A stretch of 64,000 nt of DNA from Octopus vulgaris (taxonomy: Eukaryota), in assembly GCA_951406725.2 (NCBI GenBank), contig OX597819.1, forward strand, positions 64,418,001 to 64,482,000, in the 5' to 3' direction. A program made the translations under genes and the position numbers. How positions within the stretch are numbered: position 1 is the first letter of the stretch; each line of letters opens with the position of its first letter. A model generated the notes under the pieces. That model was not told where the DNA came from and did no database searches. It worked only from the letters and a program-made list of their open reading frames with translations. Shown here one piece after another: positions 13,708-27,143 of this stretch.

Positions 13708-15662
13708 TCATACATACATATATACGTTCATTGTTCATGTTACACTTGCTGCTGGTCTACGCACGTAAACTTAAGTATAGCTGGATGGATAGTCATAAGT
13801 GTGTCACATGTACCAAGTACATAGATTTTGCACAATGAAATTCACCCTTTGTATCATACATTGCACACTCACCAAGCCAGTATAAAGAAGAAAAGGTTAT
13901 TCAGAGAATGGCAGCTAATTAGCTGGTGAAATTACTAAATGGTAAGAAGTAATATGTCCAGAAGTTTGGAACAGAATAGCAGTATAGATTTCTACAGAAA
14001 ATATATGCATAAATGTATGTAGGCATGGATGTATTAACGTGGGAAAATCACACGCACACACACACACATATTTATATTTGAATGTGCGTGTAAGCAGGTA
14101 TTTATGTATATGGGTATATATATATACATATATCAATAGAGCTGGAAACAATTGCGGATATAATATATATGTATATGCATGGAAATACACACATACACAC
14201 GCACACAAATATAATTGCATATGTATACACACAATTTCTCTCTCACACACACAAACACACAAGCTCTAACTCATACAGAGACATATATAACACGAAAATT
14301 AATAATATTATCATAAATTATCGAAAAGAGGATATTAGGCCGGTAACCGATGAAAGTCTAAGGACCTCTGTGTCCATAGTTTATGTTTTGCGTATGTAAC
14401 TTCAACATACTTTGTATCGCATGATACATGCATTAATAAGGGCATACAACTATATCTATGTGTGTATATAAATATACGTACGTATATATATATATATATA
14501 TATATATCAGTTGAATACGTTTAAAGCATGCTTTTTTTTCACGTTTACTATTAGGGTATTTTAACATTCAAATGATATTTTATAATGCTCATAAAGATAA
14601 ATTAGCGGTTTCATGCATTGAATAAACATCAGATTTCAAATGTCTTTCACTGACATTTGTGTTCTTGAATACTTTAGTATCTTTCAGAGTGCTTCAACAA
14701 GCTGAATTTTTAGAATACAGTTTTGACCAATCCGCATGCAGTTTAAATATCACTTTTTGCATGGCGTACCGATATTCTGTAATTTGCTTATATTATATGC
14801 TAGAGATGCTTTTTTTTTTTTAAATCTACATCATTAACCGGTTGTTATATTATTGTTGTTATTTCCGTTCAGAACTGTTTTCAATATTTTATTAAACCAT
14901 TTCTCTCTTATATTTCTGCAAAACGCACTTGTGTCATGCAATTTGTGGAATGGAAATATTAGAAACATTTTCTTACCAAATGTCTCTATATACTCGCTCA
15001 AAGGTATCTAGTGAACATTGGTGTTGCGGATTTGTTGTCTGTACACACGTGAGCGTTCCGATAATGCATTCCATGCCTTACTTACCTATAGCACCTCGCA
15101 ATTCGGGCCTCTAATGTAGTAGATCAAATTTCTGCTATTTCTATTCATATCTGCATTTCCGAAAATCAGTCCATATTTTTTTCTAATGGATCTACCCGTT
15201 TGCCTGTATTGACACGTCTGTTACGATTGCACTTGGATACTGTGAATGTTTTATTCTGTTTTCTCATGTTAAATTTTGCCTTTGTTAATGGTTTCCTTAG
15301 GTTGTGTGGTTGCTTTTTCTTAAGATAGATGACTAATTAGTTGTTACAATTTAAAAAAAAAAATCACTTTGTTTTATGATTGGGAACATTTGTTTTCTTG
15401 ATGTTAAAAAATATTTTGGTGATGTGAATTGTGTGTTACTAGAAATAGTATTCTGTTCCTATGATGGATTCATATTTTTCGTATTCCCAGGAGCATAAGT
15501 ACAGTCTAGTGATTTATATAACTCAAAGGATATCTGCTCAAGTAAAATTAACCCTCTCCTACTTATAGAAAATGTTAAAATACCATAAGAAACGTGAAAA
15601 CCAGACTATGTTTAACTTTATTCAACTGATATGTTATTCAACACACATCTACACATATTCGA

Positions 15663-15712
<50 letters not shown>

Positions 15713-16140
15713 GGCGCAGGAGTGGTAAGTAGCTAACTTAATAATCACATGGATCCGAGTTCAGTCCAACTGCGTGGCACCTTCGGCAAGTGTTTTCTAT
15801 TATAGTCTCGGGCCGAACAAAGCCTTTTGAGTGGATTTGGTTGACAAAAACTGAAGGAAGCCCACTATATATATATGTATATATATATATATATAGATGT
15901 GCGTGTGTGTGTGAGTGTGCGTGCGTGTGTGTATGTGTAAGTATGTGTATGTGTGCGTCTGTGTTTGTCCCCAACCGATGCTGGTGCGTTTACCTCCCCG
16001 TAATCTAGCGGTTCGGCATAAAATACTGACAGCAAAAGTACTAGGCTTACAAAGAATAGGTCCTGGGGTCGATTTGTTCGATTAAAGGAGGCGCTACAGC
16101 ATTGCCGCAGTTAAATGACTGAAACAAATAAAAGAATAAA
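15713..16140 (+). mobile_element. SINE family A
   Basis: Colinear with 5022 and 62666, including the internal microsatellite. Confidence 0.88.
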
Positions 16141-16141
16141 G

Positions 16142-16187
<46 letters not shown>

Positions 16188-16190
<3 letters not shown>

Positions 16191-16495
16191 CGTGATCACC
16201 GTGACCGACCAGGCTATCAGATGTTGCTACATATCGCTGGTCACAATGCGCTTCGCATTCTTTTAGCCTTCAAATGATTCCACTCCACTGGCTAAGCGAG
16301 CAGGCCAACAGAAGAAAGAGTGAGAGAAAGTTGTGGCGAAAGAGTACAGCAGGGATACCACCAAATCTTGCCGGAGCCTTGTGGAGCTTTATGTGTTTTC
16401 GCTCAATAGACACCCACAACGCCCGGTCTAGGAATCGAAATCGCGATCCTGCAACCGCGAGTCCGCTGCCCTAACCATTGAGCCATTGCGCCTCC
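16188..16495 (-). mobile_element. tRNA-headed SINE family D
   Basis: Minus head GGAGGCGCAATGGCTCAATGGTTAGGGCAGCGGACTCGCGG..TTCGATTCC; head and body shared with 41763. Confidence 0.8.
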
Positions 16496-16536
16496 ACACA
16501 CACATACACACACACACACATATATATAGAGAGAGA

Positions 16537-16762
16537 AGGCGGCGAGCTGGCAGAAACGTTAGCACCCCGGGCGAAATGCGTAGCCGTATTTCGTCTGCCG
16601 TTACGTTCTAAGTTCAAATTCCGCCGAGGTCGACTTTGCCTTTCATCCTTTCGGGGTCGATAAATTAAGTACCAGTTACGCACTGGGGTCGATGTAATCG
16701 ACTTAATCCATTTGTCTGTCCTTGTTTGTCCCTCTGTGTTTAGCCCCTTGTGGGTAGTAAAG

Positions 16763-16763
<1 letters not shown>
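16537..16763 (+). mobile_element. tRNA-headed SINE family B (centre resembles a Meta-type domain)
   Basis: GGCGGCGAGCTGGCAGAAACG..GTTCAAATTCC..GCCTTTCATCCTTTCGGGGTCGATAAA; about 10 copies in window; domain name from recall. Confidence 0.85.
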
Positions 16764-16819
<56 letters not shown>

Positions 16820-17657
16820 CGTATGTATGTATGTATGTATGCATGCATACATACATATACGTGGAAATACATATATGTTCCATCGGGAAACAGATACCTG
16901 GCTCATGCAAGTTAACCCATATGCAGCGTTTTTATCCAGCTTAACACATTTTATTGCGTATCCCGCTTCCTGCAAACTAATACACCGTAAGAAGCAGTAT
17001 TTAGTAAGGTGTGTTCAAAGCGTTATTTCAATCTCCTCCCTTATTGTGGAATGACAAACTTTAGTAGGTCAGCTTCTTTGATGTATAGCGACGGTAGACT
17101 AAACAACAATCTAAGACATTTATAAATGTGGCTAATAAAAATGACTTAAAACCTCTGAAATACGCCTTTTACAATTGAATATCTGTTCTAATGAAGTTTG
17201 AATTCTATGTTGAAATGCATAAAGGTCAAACAGGTATAAATTGAATTTTAGAAAAAACTTTTCAATTTAGATTATCCAAGATATTAATGCTTCTCTCTGT
17301 TTTTGCTTAAATAGGAAAATATCAGTTAAGTGTGAGAACTGCATGAAGGCGAATGGATGAAAATTTTTACAAAATAGAGTATATTTATATTAGAGTAATT
17401 TCGGTTTGAAAACAAATAGGTTTTTTTCGAAACATATTTTACATTTTCATTTGCGGTCACAATTCGAATCGTTTCATGGTTTGTTTTAGTCGTTGTAAAT
17501 GCATATACATAAAAGTATATCTTCCAGTAATTGCATCATGTATCCATCATGAATAAGAGGCGTCGGGCATTATAAGCACTCCCTGCATAACACAAGTCCG
17601 ATACAAGGAAATGAGACTGGAAATCACATCAAAGCACGGCATCCACTCAAGTACCTC

Positions 17658-17719
<62 letters not shown>

Positions 17720-17907
17720 TAATAATAATAATAATAGTAATAATGATAATAATAATAATAATAATAATGATAATAATAATAATAATGATAATATTAATGA
17801 TAATAATAATGATAATAATGATGATAATAATAATAATAATAATAATAATGATAATAATAATAATAATAATGATAATAATGATAATAATGATAATAATAAT
17901 AATAATG

Positions 17908-17941
<34 letters not shown>

Positions 17942-17985
17942 TAATAATAATAATAATAATAATAACAACAATAATAATAATAATA
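17658..17985. repeat. (AAT/GAT)n trinucleotide tract
   Basis: Direct reading. Confidence 0.95.
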
Positions 17986-18540
17986 GCCCTGATGCAGTAC
18001 AAGGCACTGGATCTCATGGCTTCTGATCTTAACTGATTAGTAGTGTTATCAGGTAAATTATTTTGTCTTGGCATAAAAGATGGCTACAGCAAATATTCTT
18101 GCTCAATACAACAGCTTTGCTTGTCACTTGTTTGCCCTTAACCAGTTGAGCATGTCCTTCAGTGGCTGACGATATGTGCATCACTGATCCAGAGCAGAAG
18201 TAGTGGGGAGGCATCATAGCCATGAGCCGTGTGTTGAAATGAATTCTTTGGGGTTTGGATAATCCACTTTTGGAAACATGGGTGTTTCGTTCAACATCCT
18301 TAAACCACCTTTATTGAGGTACCATTTGAACGGAATGTGCTATTCGACCTAAAGAAAATTGTAACTGATCCACATGGAAGGTCATGCGCTGTTTTATTGA
18401 TATGACCACTATGTGGCGGACATATGGCTGTGTGGCATGTGGTTGGTGTACCTTTATCAGACGGGTGGTCATGATGACGTGTATACTGGGTTTCGTATAT
18501 CTCACCCCAGTGTCACATCGATGGCATGCACTGGTCTCAA
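17985..18540. mobile_element. ~550-bp non-coding element family E embedded in (AAT)n
   Basis: Colinear with 61811-62310 and 54765-55000; begins AGCCCTGATGCAGTA, ends GCATGCACTG..CTC(AAT)n. Confidence 0.85.
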
Positions 18541-18827
18541 TAATAACACAAATAATAACAACATCAATGATGATGATTTCTTTATTGACCACGAAAGGTT
18601 TACATTAAGAAATAAATTATGAACTGTACAAGCCAAAAAGAATATGTCTGTAAGTGTGTGATAGTGTGTTGCTTTGATGATTTTGAGTGTAAAGGGGTTT
18701 CACGTAAGAAAAAAAGGCAATTTTAACAATATATAAATCTCAATAGGCTCTAACCAGGATGCCCTAACAACAATAACAACAACAACGACAATAATAATAA
18801 GAAGAAACATAATAATAATAATAACAA

Positions 18828-19370
18828 AAGGAGACACGACAATGTCCACTGGTTGTACGGTAAAGCAAACCTCGAGAGAGCCGAACAATGGTATGAACAC
18901 AAGCCAGATGTAATGGAAAACGAACATTACAAAATACTCTGGGATTTTAACATGCAGTGTGAGCAAGCCATAGAGGTAAGACGAGAAGTTATTGTGCTCA
19001 TCCATAAACATGAAAAAGAAGTTAAGATAATAGATGTTGCAATACCAGGCGATTCGAGGATGAAATGCAAGGAAACAGAAAAGGAATACAAGCCGCTGCG
19101 AGATGAGATAGGAAATTCATGGCTCATGAGGAAAGTAATGGTGATACTGGTGTAACTGGAGCATTCGAAGCAGTTTCTAAGGGCTTTGAAACGCATATTA
19201 AGAACATTGAAGCTGCTGTCAGGCTTGAAGTGTTCCAGAAGGCAGCATTGTTGGGTACAGATCGCGACCTAAGGAGAGTATTGTCGCTTTGAGTCTCAGG
19301 AGATTTGTTGTTGCCTGCTTTCAAGTAAAAAATAACTGGTAATTAAGAACTATCCGAGTGTCTTTCAGAA
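18828..19370 (+). pseudogene. Decayed C-terminal RLE endonuclease fragment of an R4/Dong-like LINE
   Basis: WYEHKP..ENEHYKILWDFNMQC..KEVKIIDVAIPGD..K..Y; flanked by (AAT/AAC)n. Confidence 0.82.
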
Positions 19371-19441
19371 TAATAATATCGACGACGACAACAACAACAA
19401 CAACAAAAACAACAACAATCATGATAATAATAATAATAATG

Positions 19442-19496
<55 letters not shown>

Positions 19497-19497
<1 letters not shown>

Positions 19498-19672
19498 CCT
19501 TACTACTAAAGGCACAAGGTTGGATATGTTGGGGGTGGAGGATAGTTGACCCAAGTGTTCCACTGGTCCTTAATTTATCGACCTGAAAGGATGAAAGGGA
19601 AAGTCAACATCGCTGGCAAATGAACTTAGAACATGGCGACAGACGAGCATTTGGTGATACCAATTCTGCCAG
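19497..19672 (-). mobile_element. SINE family B, degraded
   Basis: GGCACAAGG..TTAATTTATCGACCTGAAAGGATGAAAGG..CTGCCAGCT. Confidence 0.75.
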
Positions 19673-21230
19673 CTAGTAAGTAATATCAATTATTTGCCAT
19701 AAGAGGACACATACAATACGCGCATGGTGTAAATTCATAAAATAACATACATAGCATGCAACATAACCTTCGGCGCCTACTGATATAGGTGGAGGGGGCT
19801 CTCAAATGGGAATAAAATCAGCCCAGATCCAAATATGTTGCGTAAAACAATAAATAATTGAAGACAAATAATTCACTTATCGGAAAAAATAGCTGCCGCC
19901 TGTATAGCATTCATGCATCTGGCATCTGAAACCAAACATCGACAGCAAATTCAGTTTACCAATTCTTGATGGGATCATATTTGCTCGAAATTCTCTATTT
20001 CTTACATATGTGTAAGTGTGTATGCGCGGGAAGTGGGGTACATTAATCTATGTGGCCGGTCACTATGATTTTGTTATAGGAAAGATGTTGCTTAGCCTTT
20101 ATTTTGTTCTAATAAGGACATAATTACATCTGTTCTACAGTAATTATAATAATAAATACACTTTGAATTCCACAAATTTCAAACGGTGGGCACCAATTTA
20201 ATTCCATTATATCAACTTATTTAGTTTGTATACAAAGTAACATTGCTTTACACTTTGCATTCTCATCAGTTTTCCGTTCTTCTCCGAAGTCCTGTACAAT
20301 GACTCGATGCAACAACTTAAAGCAACGCTTTGTCAGTATACTTCTAAAGAACTAGATATTTTGGTGTAGTGCTCTTCATCAGCCTTTTTTGTCGGTGAGT
20401 TTATCACGTTTGTTTTCGTTGTTCGCCGTATTCCCCTAGGAATTAACGGTAATGATGGTGTAAACGAAAACGTAAAAAAAAAAAGGAAACGCTAATAGCA
20501 TTAGCTATGCTGCACAACGTTGCCGACAAATCGTAAATGTATATCGAATTTTTTATAAAACTTAATAGTCAAGAATTATACGAATACACATTGTGCAATT
20601 TGTTATGAATATTAAATGATTAAAATAGCTTCATGATGTAAATTATACACATAGACACACACACACACACATTCACACACACATATATATGTATATATGT
20701 ATGAATGTGTGTATGTGTGCATATATACATATACATACATATATATATATTTCTATACATAAATACATGTATGCATACATATATATACGATGGTGCACAC
20801 GCACACACACAAACATACACTCCCCACACACAAACCTACACACACCCACACCCACGAATACCCTCACCCCAACACACGTACAGGCATATACATACACACC
20901 CAAGCGCAATATGTCTGAGTGGTACTGGGAAGCAGTGTGTGTGTGAGAAGAACACCTGCATCTACTTGTCTGAGACCAATTAATAAAAAAAGAATTATTA
21001 ATAATTAAGCAGAAAGCTGAAGATATATTATAAAAAAATACGCCATTATGTCTTATGAACAATAAAAGACGTCATTCGTTTGCTGCAGTCGAGAGAATTG
21101 CCTTAACTTTAAGACATTATTTGAAAGGAAGCTGTCATATATTTATTTTCTATTTACTTCTTTCATTCAGGATGTGGTTTATTGTTTGAGACACAGGGAG
21201 AATATACACCTTACCATATCTATCTTTCTG

Positions 21231-21291
<61 letters not shown>

Positions 21292-21609
21292 ATATATATA
21301 TATATTTGTCTGTCTATCTATCTATCTATCTGTCTGTCTGTCTGCATATATATGTATGTGTGTGCCTATGCGCGTGTGTGTATGCGTACGCATGTATACA
21401 TGGAGGTATGCAAGTATAATTTACATGGCAGATTTTCCGGCGTAGAACAAGAATACACAGACCAAAATTAATAGTTGCAAAAGTAGGAAGTCTAATAAAA
21501 TAAGACGAGTCTAGAGGACCAAGAACGGTATATTAGATGTAAGATGATGTGAAATAATATTTACGAACTTCCAGTATTTACACTACTTAATGGAGGCCGA
21601 TTTGTATGT

Positions 21610-22343
21610 CAGAAAGTGCGGCATATGGATTGACGTAACATAGATTGTAAGCAGTTTCTATCTACTAAAGTGTAATTGGCAGATGGATACTGAAAGAATC
21701 CGTTATATATAAATATAACCTCAATGTAGGTGGCAGTATTAAATCTAAGGCCTTGTGGAACGAAGTAAGAAGGCATCAAATGCCCTTCATTGCCGACAAA
21801 GCCTAAAATCATGACACTTGCAGGAAATTTTGTATGCATAACACTTGGAACTCCAGAAGGGTCTTTTATTCCCTCTGTTAACTTTTTGAACATGGTCGAA
21901 GCTTTTCCCGTTTGCGAAAAACCAAATCAACTCTTCTTCAGATGGATTTTTCATTTTATGAGACTTTTAGATCTGATGTAGAGATTTTCTTTTGCTTTTT
22001 CTGACAAATTTACATTTTCTCATTATATAAGACTTATATCTGATGTCTTCGTGGACAACATTTCTGACTCTTCCTACGAACACATGGAAACTTTTTGCAA
22101 TTGACCTCATAGGCTTTCTGCGATTGTAATCAATGGTCTGTTGAACTTGCTGAATAAAATCAGGCGTTATGATGATTTCAGAGTGTTGATACATTTCCGT
22201 CTTCGGTCTCTAGCTCCTTATAAATATCTGGCAACTTTTAAAAGTCGAGATATTTCTAAGTCGCTATGCTCAGCGTTTATAACCACAATTGCAATTTATA
22301 ACCACACCCCAAAAAGGTGTCTTCAAATACCTTATGCACCCTG
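21610..22343 (-). mobile_element. Decayed Tc1/mariner-superfamily (maT/DD37D-like) transposon, 5' part
   Basis: Terminus TA|CAGGGTG at 22343; peptides TPDFIQQVQQTID..MRSIAK..VRNVVHEDIRYKSY and TKFPASVMILG..NEGHLMP..GLRFNTATYIEV. Confidence 0.82.
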
Positions 22344-22374
22344 TATATATGTGTGTGTGTGTGTGTGTACATAT

Positions 22375-22483
22375 ATGATAATATTAATTTCGTAAGTAAC
22401 GAGACGATGGATTTAGTAGGAATTTTTAATGAAGATTAATGCCAAATCCCTCTCGTTACTTAAGAAATAAATATCATTATCAT
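22375..22483. repeat. Imperfect ~40-bp fold-back followed by a degenerate hammerhead-like core (CTGAGGA 22491..GAAATATA 22518)
   Basis: ATGATA..TAAGTAACGAGA..GGATTT vs AAATCC..TCTCGTTACTTA..TATCAT. Confidence 0.6.
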
Positions 22484-22631
22484 CTCAACACTGAGGATTC
22501 AGGAAATAGATCCGACCGAAATATACCTGACATCGGATTACAACATGGAGCCTAAACTGTGCCACTGCTCTACTCAGCACTCCAACACAATAATCTACAT
22601 ATACCAATTACTCCAAAATATTAAATATATG

Positions 22632-22703
<72 letters not shown>

Positions 22704-22705
<2 letters not shown>

Positions 22706-23035
22706 AAATGATATGAAAAAGTAGCCGGACTTGTTTTATAACGCGTCAACAGATGTCAGCATCGGTTGTATGAGCATTGAGAACTAGCATTGACCTTCCT
22801 GAGGCAATGTACAGAGGGACATCCCTGTGATTACTTCGGAAGATGTGAATTTTTTTTTTTTTTGTGATCACGTGTTTGCTGTATTGTGCGATGTTTTCCT
22901 GGACAAGAACAAAGAGCTAACGTAAACATTTCGCGTTAAATTTGAAATGTCTGCTACAGAGATATTGAGCATGCTTCAGCAAGCTTACTATGACGAGGTA
23001 ATAGGGCGTACGAAATGTTTCGTGTCGTACAGGGG
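22704..23035 (+). mobile_element. Mariner 5' fragment (N-terminal HTH, irritans-like)
   Basis: EQRANV/frameshift/FRVKFEMSATEILSMLQQAYYDEVIGRTKCF at ~22906-23030. Confidence 0.7.
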
Positions 23036-23129
23036 CCGATATTTATTAAAAATTGAGTTCTGTATTATTGTACCCAGCCATATCTAGCAGTGGATATGCC
23101 TTGTTAATTGAGGCTGTATAAAAGAACAT

Positions 23130-23162
<33 letters not shown>

Positions 23163-23189
23163 TTATCCTTATGAATACGTATATATGTG

Positions 23190-23291
<102 letters not shown>

Positions 23292-23783
23292 TGCATATAT
23301 GTGTCTGTGTATGTGTGTGTATGTGCGTGCGTGCGTGTGATATAATGAGTTGAACCGAACGAGAAATATTTCATTATATTTTTTTGTCATCTGAAATATT
23401 TTACAGAAAAAACTGCGCTCAGAATTTATTTAGTAATTATAAACTTTCAAATAAATATAGTCTTCTAAACAAACAAATTATCGCTTCCCTATCATATCTT
23501 CTTGTCAACAACTTGCCCATGATCAGAAACATTTTCAACATTTCCGTTTATAGGATTGTACATTTTACAACATATATGAAGAATTTCGTGACAGCGCATA
23601 TTTGAGAAAACTTTTTTTTATTAACGCCTCTTTATACCACATACAAGAGAGTTCTTCATGAATTATATATACGTAAGGTCTGCTAGCCAAATATTCATTC
23701 ACTAGCTTATGTTTGTTTCTGAATGGGAAATAAGATACATACACACATATATATAATTAAAATTATGCATATATTCTTATACG

Positions 23784-23862
<79 letters not shown>

Positions 23863-24092
23863 GTGTGTGTGCGTGTGTGTATGTGTGTGTGCGTGTGTGT
23901 CTGTGTGTTTGTGTGTGTGTCGTGTCTGTGTGTGCGCGCATGTGTGTGTGCATATATATATATTTGTATAAATATCTTTTTGTATATACATATATATATA
24001 TATGTATTTACGTATTTTATTGTACGTATATACGTATAAATGTATATAATATATATACACGCACAAAGATATAGATTTATACTTACATTCAA

Positions 24093-24130
<38 letters not shown>

Positions 24131-25380
24131 TCACACACACACCCATATATATCTACGTACTCATTGATACACGCTTAAAAACGCAAACACACGCACCTAC
24201 ACACTCACAGAGACGACTGACAGAGTGCATCTCACTCTGTTATAATGGCAATTTCATCTCAAAGTTAGTTATAAATTCGCAGTTATTTATACATATATAT
24301 ATAATACTTAAAAATGAACAAAACAAAAAAGAATATGTGAAATAAAATATAAAATGTTCATTGTTGTCACGGGTGCGTATTGACCCCATAAATCTCGTTA
24401 ATATAATTATCTTGTGCTGATCGCTGTCGGGCGACAGACCGTGAAAATATTTCGATTCTTGGTTTTGGACAGTTCAGTTTATTTATATCATCACTAGCGC
24501 CACTGGCAAATTTTATACACATTGAACAATCTCATCGACTTCATTTTAAATCAGAAATCGATATTGAAGAGCATTATTTCAAGATCTGAATGGAATGAAT
24601 AATATAAGTTGATGTAGTAAATGGGGGGAATTTGATTCGATCAATAGGGTCGATATTCAAAGTATCACCAAGATTTCTGTCATAACCGGAAGGTGATCGG
24701 TGAATGAGTGGGTGGTTCGTGTCCCGTGCTGTCACCGAGGTAGTATTGAATATGACAATCAAGTTTTGTGAAACTCAATGACCGGAAACAAACATCTCTC
24801 CGTATATACGTCGTAGCGGAAAAAGCAGAAATTTCGCAGAAACGAAATGGTGCATTCTGAATCATAGCTGATATATTTTCTACACGCGCTTGACCATTCG
24901 TCTTACGCAGGCAGTGTTCACCCCCTCTCTCTCACACACACATACACATATATTTACATATATAAGTATATTGCATGTTTGTTGTTGATTCCTTAAATGA
25001 GACCTCTCTGTGTTAGGATTTTCTCAGCATATGGGCCACGCCTTCGGCGTGAACATAGATTAATCTTCTGTCTTCGTTCTTTTGTGCCTCATTGGCTCAA
25101 CTTACTACCTCTCTTCTTCTGACATCAAACGCAATCGGATTCCCATATACCTCCCCGTTTAACAGCCCACCTCTACCTACACACTTGCATACCACAGATC
25201 TTTGTACTCTCTCCCTACATACGCCACTATACATTCACCCATATACACTGTTCCAACTCTTACACAATTGACACAAAAATACACACACACATTAGCAACA
25301 AAAACTTCTTAGCACCCACAACAAACACCATTATCCACCTACCTACACACAATCTGAATTCGTTGGTATCACCGGTACTC

Positions 25381-25453
<73 letters not shown>

Positions 25454-25746
25454 CATCCTCATCACACTTTCATTCAGACTCTTTTTTCCTGCCATCTCGC
25501 CATGGTGAACTCTGCAGATTTTTTCTTCTTTTTTTCATTTTTTCTTCATGTTTTTCCTGTTAATTCTTTCTGTCGAACTACGTAGGCTTTTCATAAATGC
25601 CTTTTCCATGAGAGCCTTTTCCATTCTTCCCGAGCATTAAACTAAAACACCTGCATGGTGTTACTACACTTGCCTTCATCTTTTGTTGTCTGTAAATTTT
25701 AACTATGACCATGGTTGACTAAAAATACGCTTAACAACATTGTAAG

Positions 25747-25820
25747 TCGTCAGAACGACAATAACTCTTTAATCCTGCCAGCGACTTGCAGAAAATGTTG
25801 CAGGTTTGACATTCATAGAA
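25747..25820 (-). pseudogene. Degenerate C2H2 zinc-finger relic, possibly from an RTE-type LINE C-terminus
   Basis: FYECQTCNIFCKSLAGLKSYCRSD; each expected His codon is one substitution away. Confidence 0.4.
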
Positions 25821-25954
25821 ATTTTTCTGACTTTTTGTTTGCTCTAGAACAATGTGATGATATTGTCTGTGCGCTAAATTGCCTTGAAAAGGTTGAGCGA
25901 TTTATATATATTTTCTAGTCGACAGGTTGGTTCCTGCAAGGAAGTCGTAGATTG

Positions 25955-26025
25955 TAACTGGTCTTCCTATATGCCTTCTTTATAACTGGTCTTCCTATAT
26001 GCCTTCTTTATAACTGGTCTTCCTA
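25955..26025. repeat. 28-bp tandem repeat x2.5
   Basis: TAACTGGTCTTCCTATATGCCTTCTTTA at 25955, 25983, partial at 26011. Confidence 0.95.
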
Positions 26026-26597
26026 CATACATATGCGATCGCAGACTTCAGAGATTTGTTGAGGAAATATTAGTGTCAACAGAATTGTCGTTCTGAACTG
26101 ATCTTCTTTAGATGGCACCTTCTTTCCATTTCGCTGAAAATGTAAATGGCAATATACAATGCTATTCAATAAATTGACTGTCTCCTGTTATTGAGTACAT
26201 ACGGAGATATAAATTAAAGGCAAATCAGTGGAACATTCTCATCAAAACGTCTCACAGCTATAAAATGACTAAATGACGATTTGAATCAGATAAGGTTTTC
26301 AGAAAGAAGACAACAACCTGTTAAATCGAATATTGGAAATAGAGTCTATAAGGAGAAGAGTAAGTAGGTGTAATACGTTTCATAGTTTAAAAACGTGGTT
26401 TTCTTTTATTTTTCTACGTTAGTTTAAGCATGGGATTCATTCTACCGATGTATATTACGAAACCGTCCATTACAATGAAGTAAACAAAGAACTACTGTTT
26501 GTCAAGAATTAATAATGGGAGACAGACACATAAGTATATATACGCGTATGTGTATGTATCCTTGTATATATGTATGATTATAAAAATGCATGTATTC

Positions 26598-26683
<86 letters not shown>

Positions 26684-27143
26684 AAATTTGTATGTATATG
26701 TATGTATAATAATAATAGTGGGGAATATAATTCCAAACATACAGGGAAAAAATCAATTTAGAAAATTCTAAATCAAATTTCACAATATATAATATATGTA
26801 TGTAATTAAGAGAAATAACCGCTATAAAGGAATTCAATTGTGAAAAACATTTTCTATTATGTATATAAAAAATTTAAATGTACAATATTTTTCCATGTAC
26901 AACTCATTAAAATTACAAATTCATAAATCAAATTTGGATTTTAGAAATTGACACAAAAGTAATTATATCATAGTTGATTAAATCATCTCAGCTGACTAAA
27001 CATCCCAACATTCGTATATCTATGTGTGCGCGTGCGCATTTGTGTCCTTGAAAAAAACACAAGAAACCGTTAGAAGTATGTATTGTTTTTGTTTGAATGT
27101 TCTTGTGTGCGTGCGTCTGTAAATATACCTGAAAACAAAGGAA

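Noticed and set aside
16420-16495. tRNA-like sequence (also 41763, 31655)
   Set aside because: Continues into a SINE body and lacks a complete cloverleaf; SINE head, not a tRNA gene
24360-24920. CpG-richer patch with two ACCGGAA (ETS-like) words, possible promoter
   Set aside because: Short motifs expected by chance; no associated gene
25955-26025. 28-bp direct repeats resembling CRISPR repeat length
   Set aside because: No spacers; eukaryotic tandem duplication
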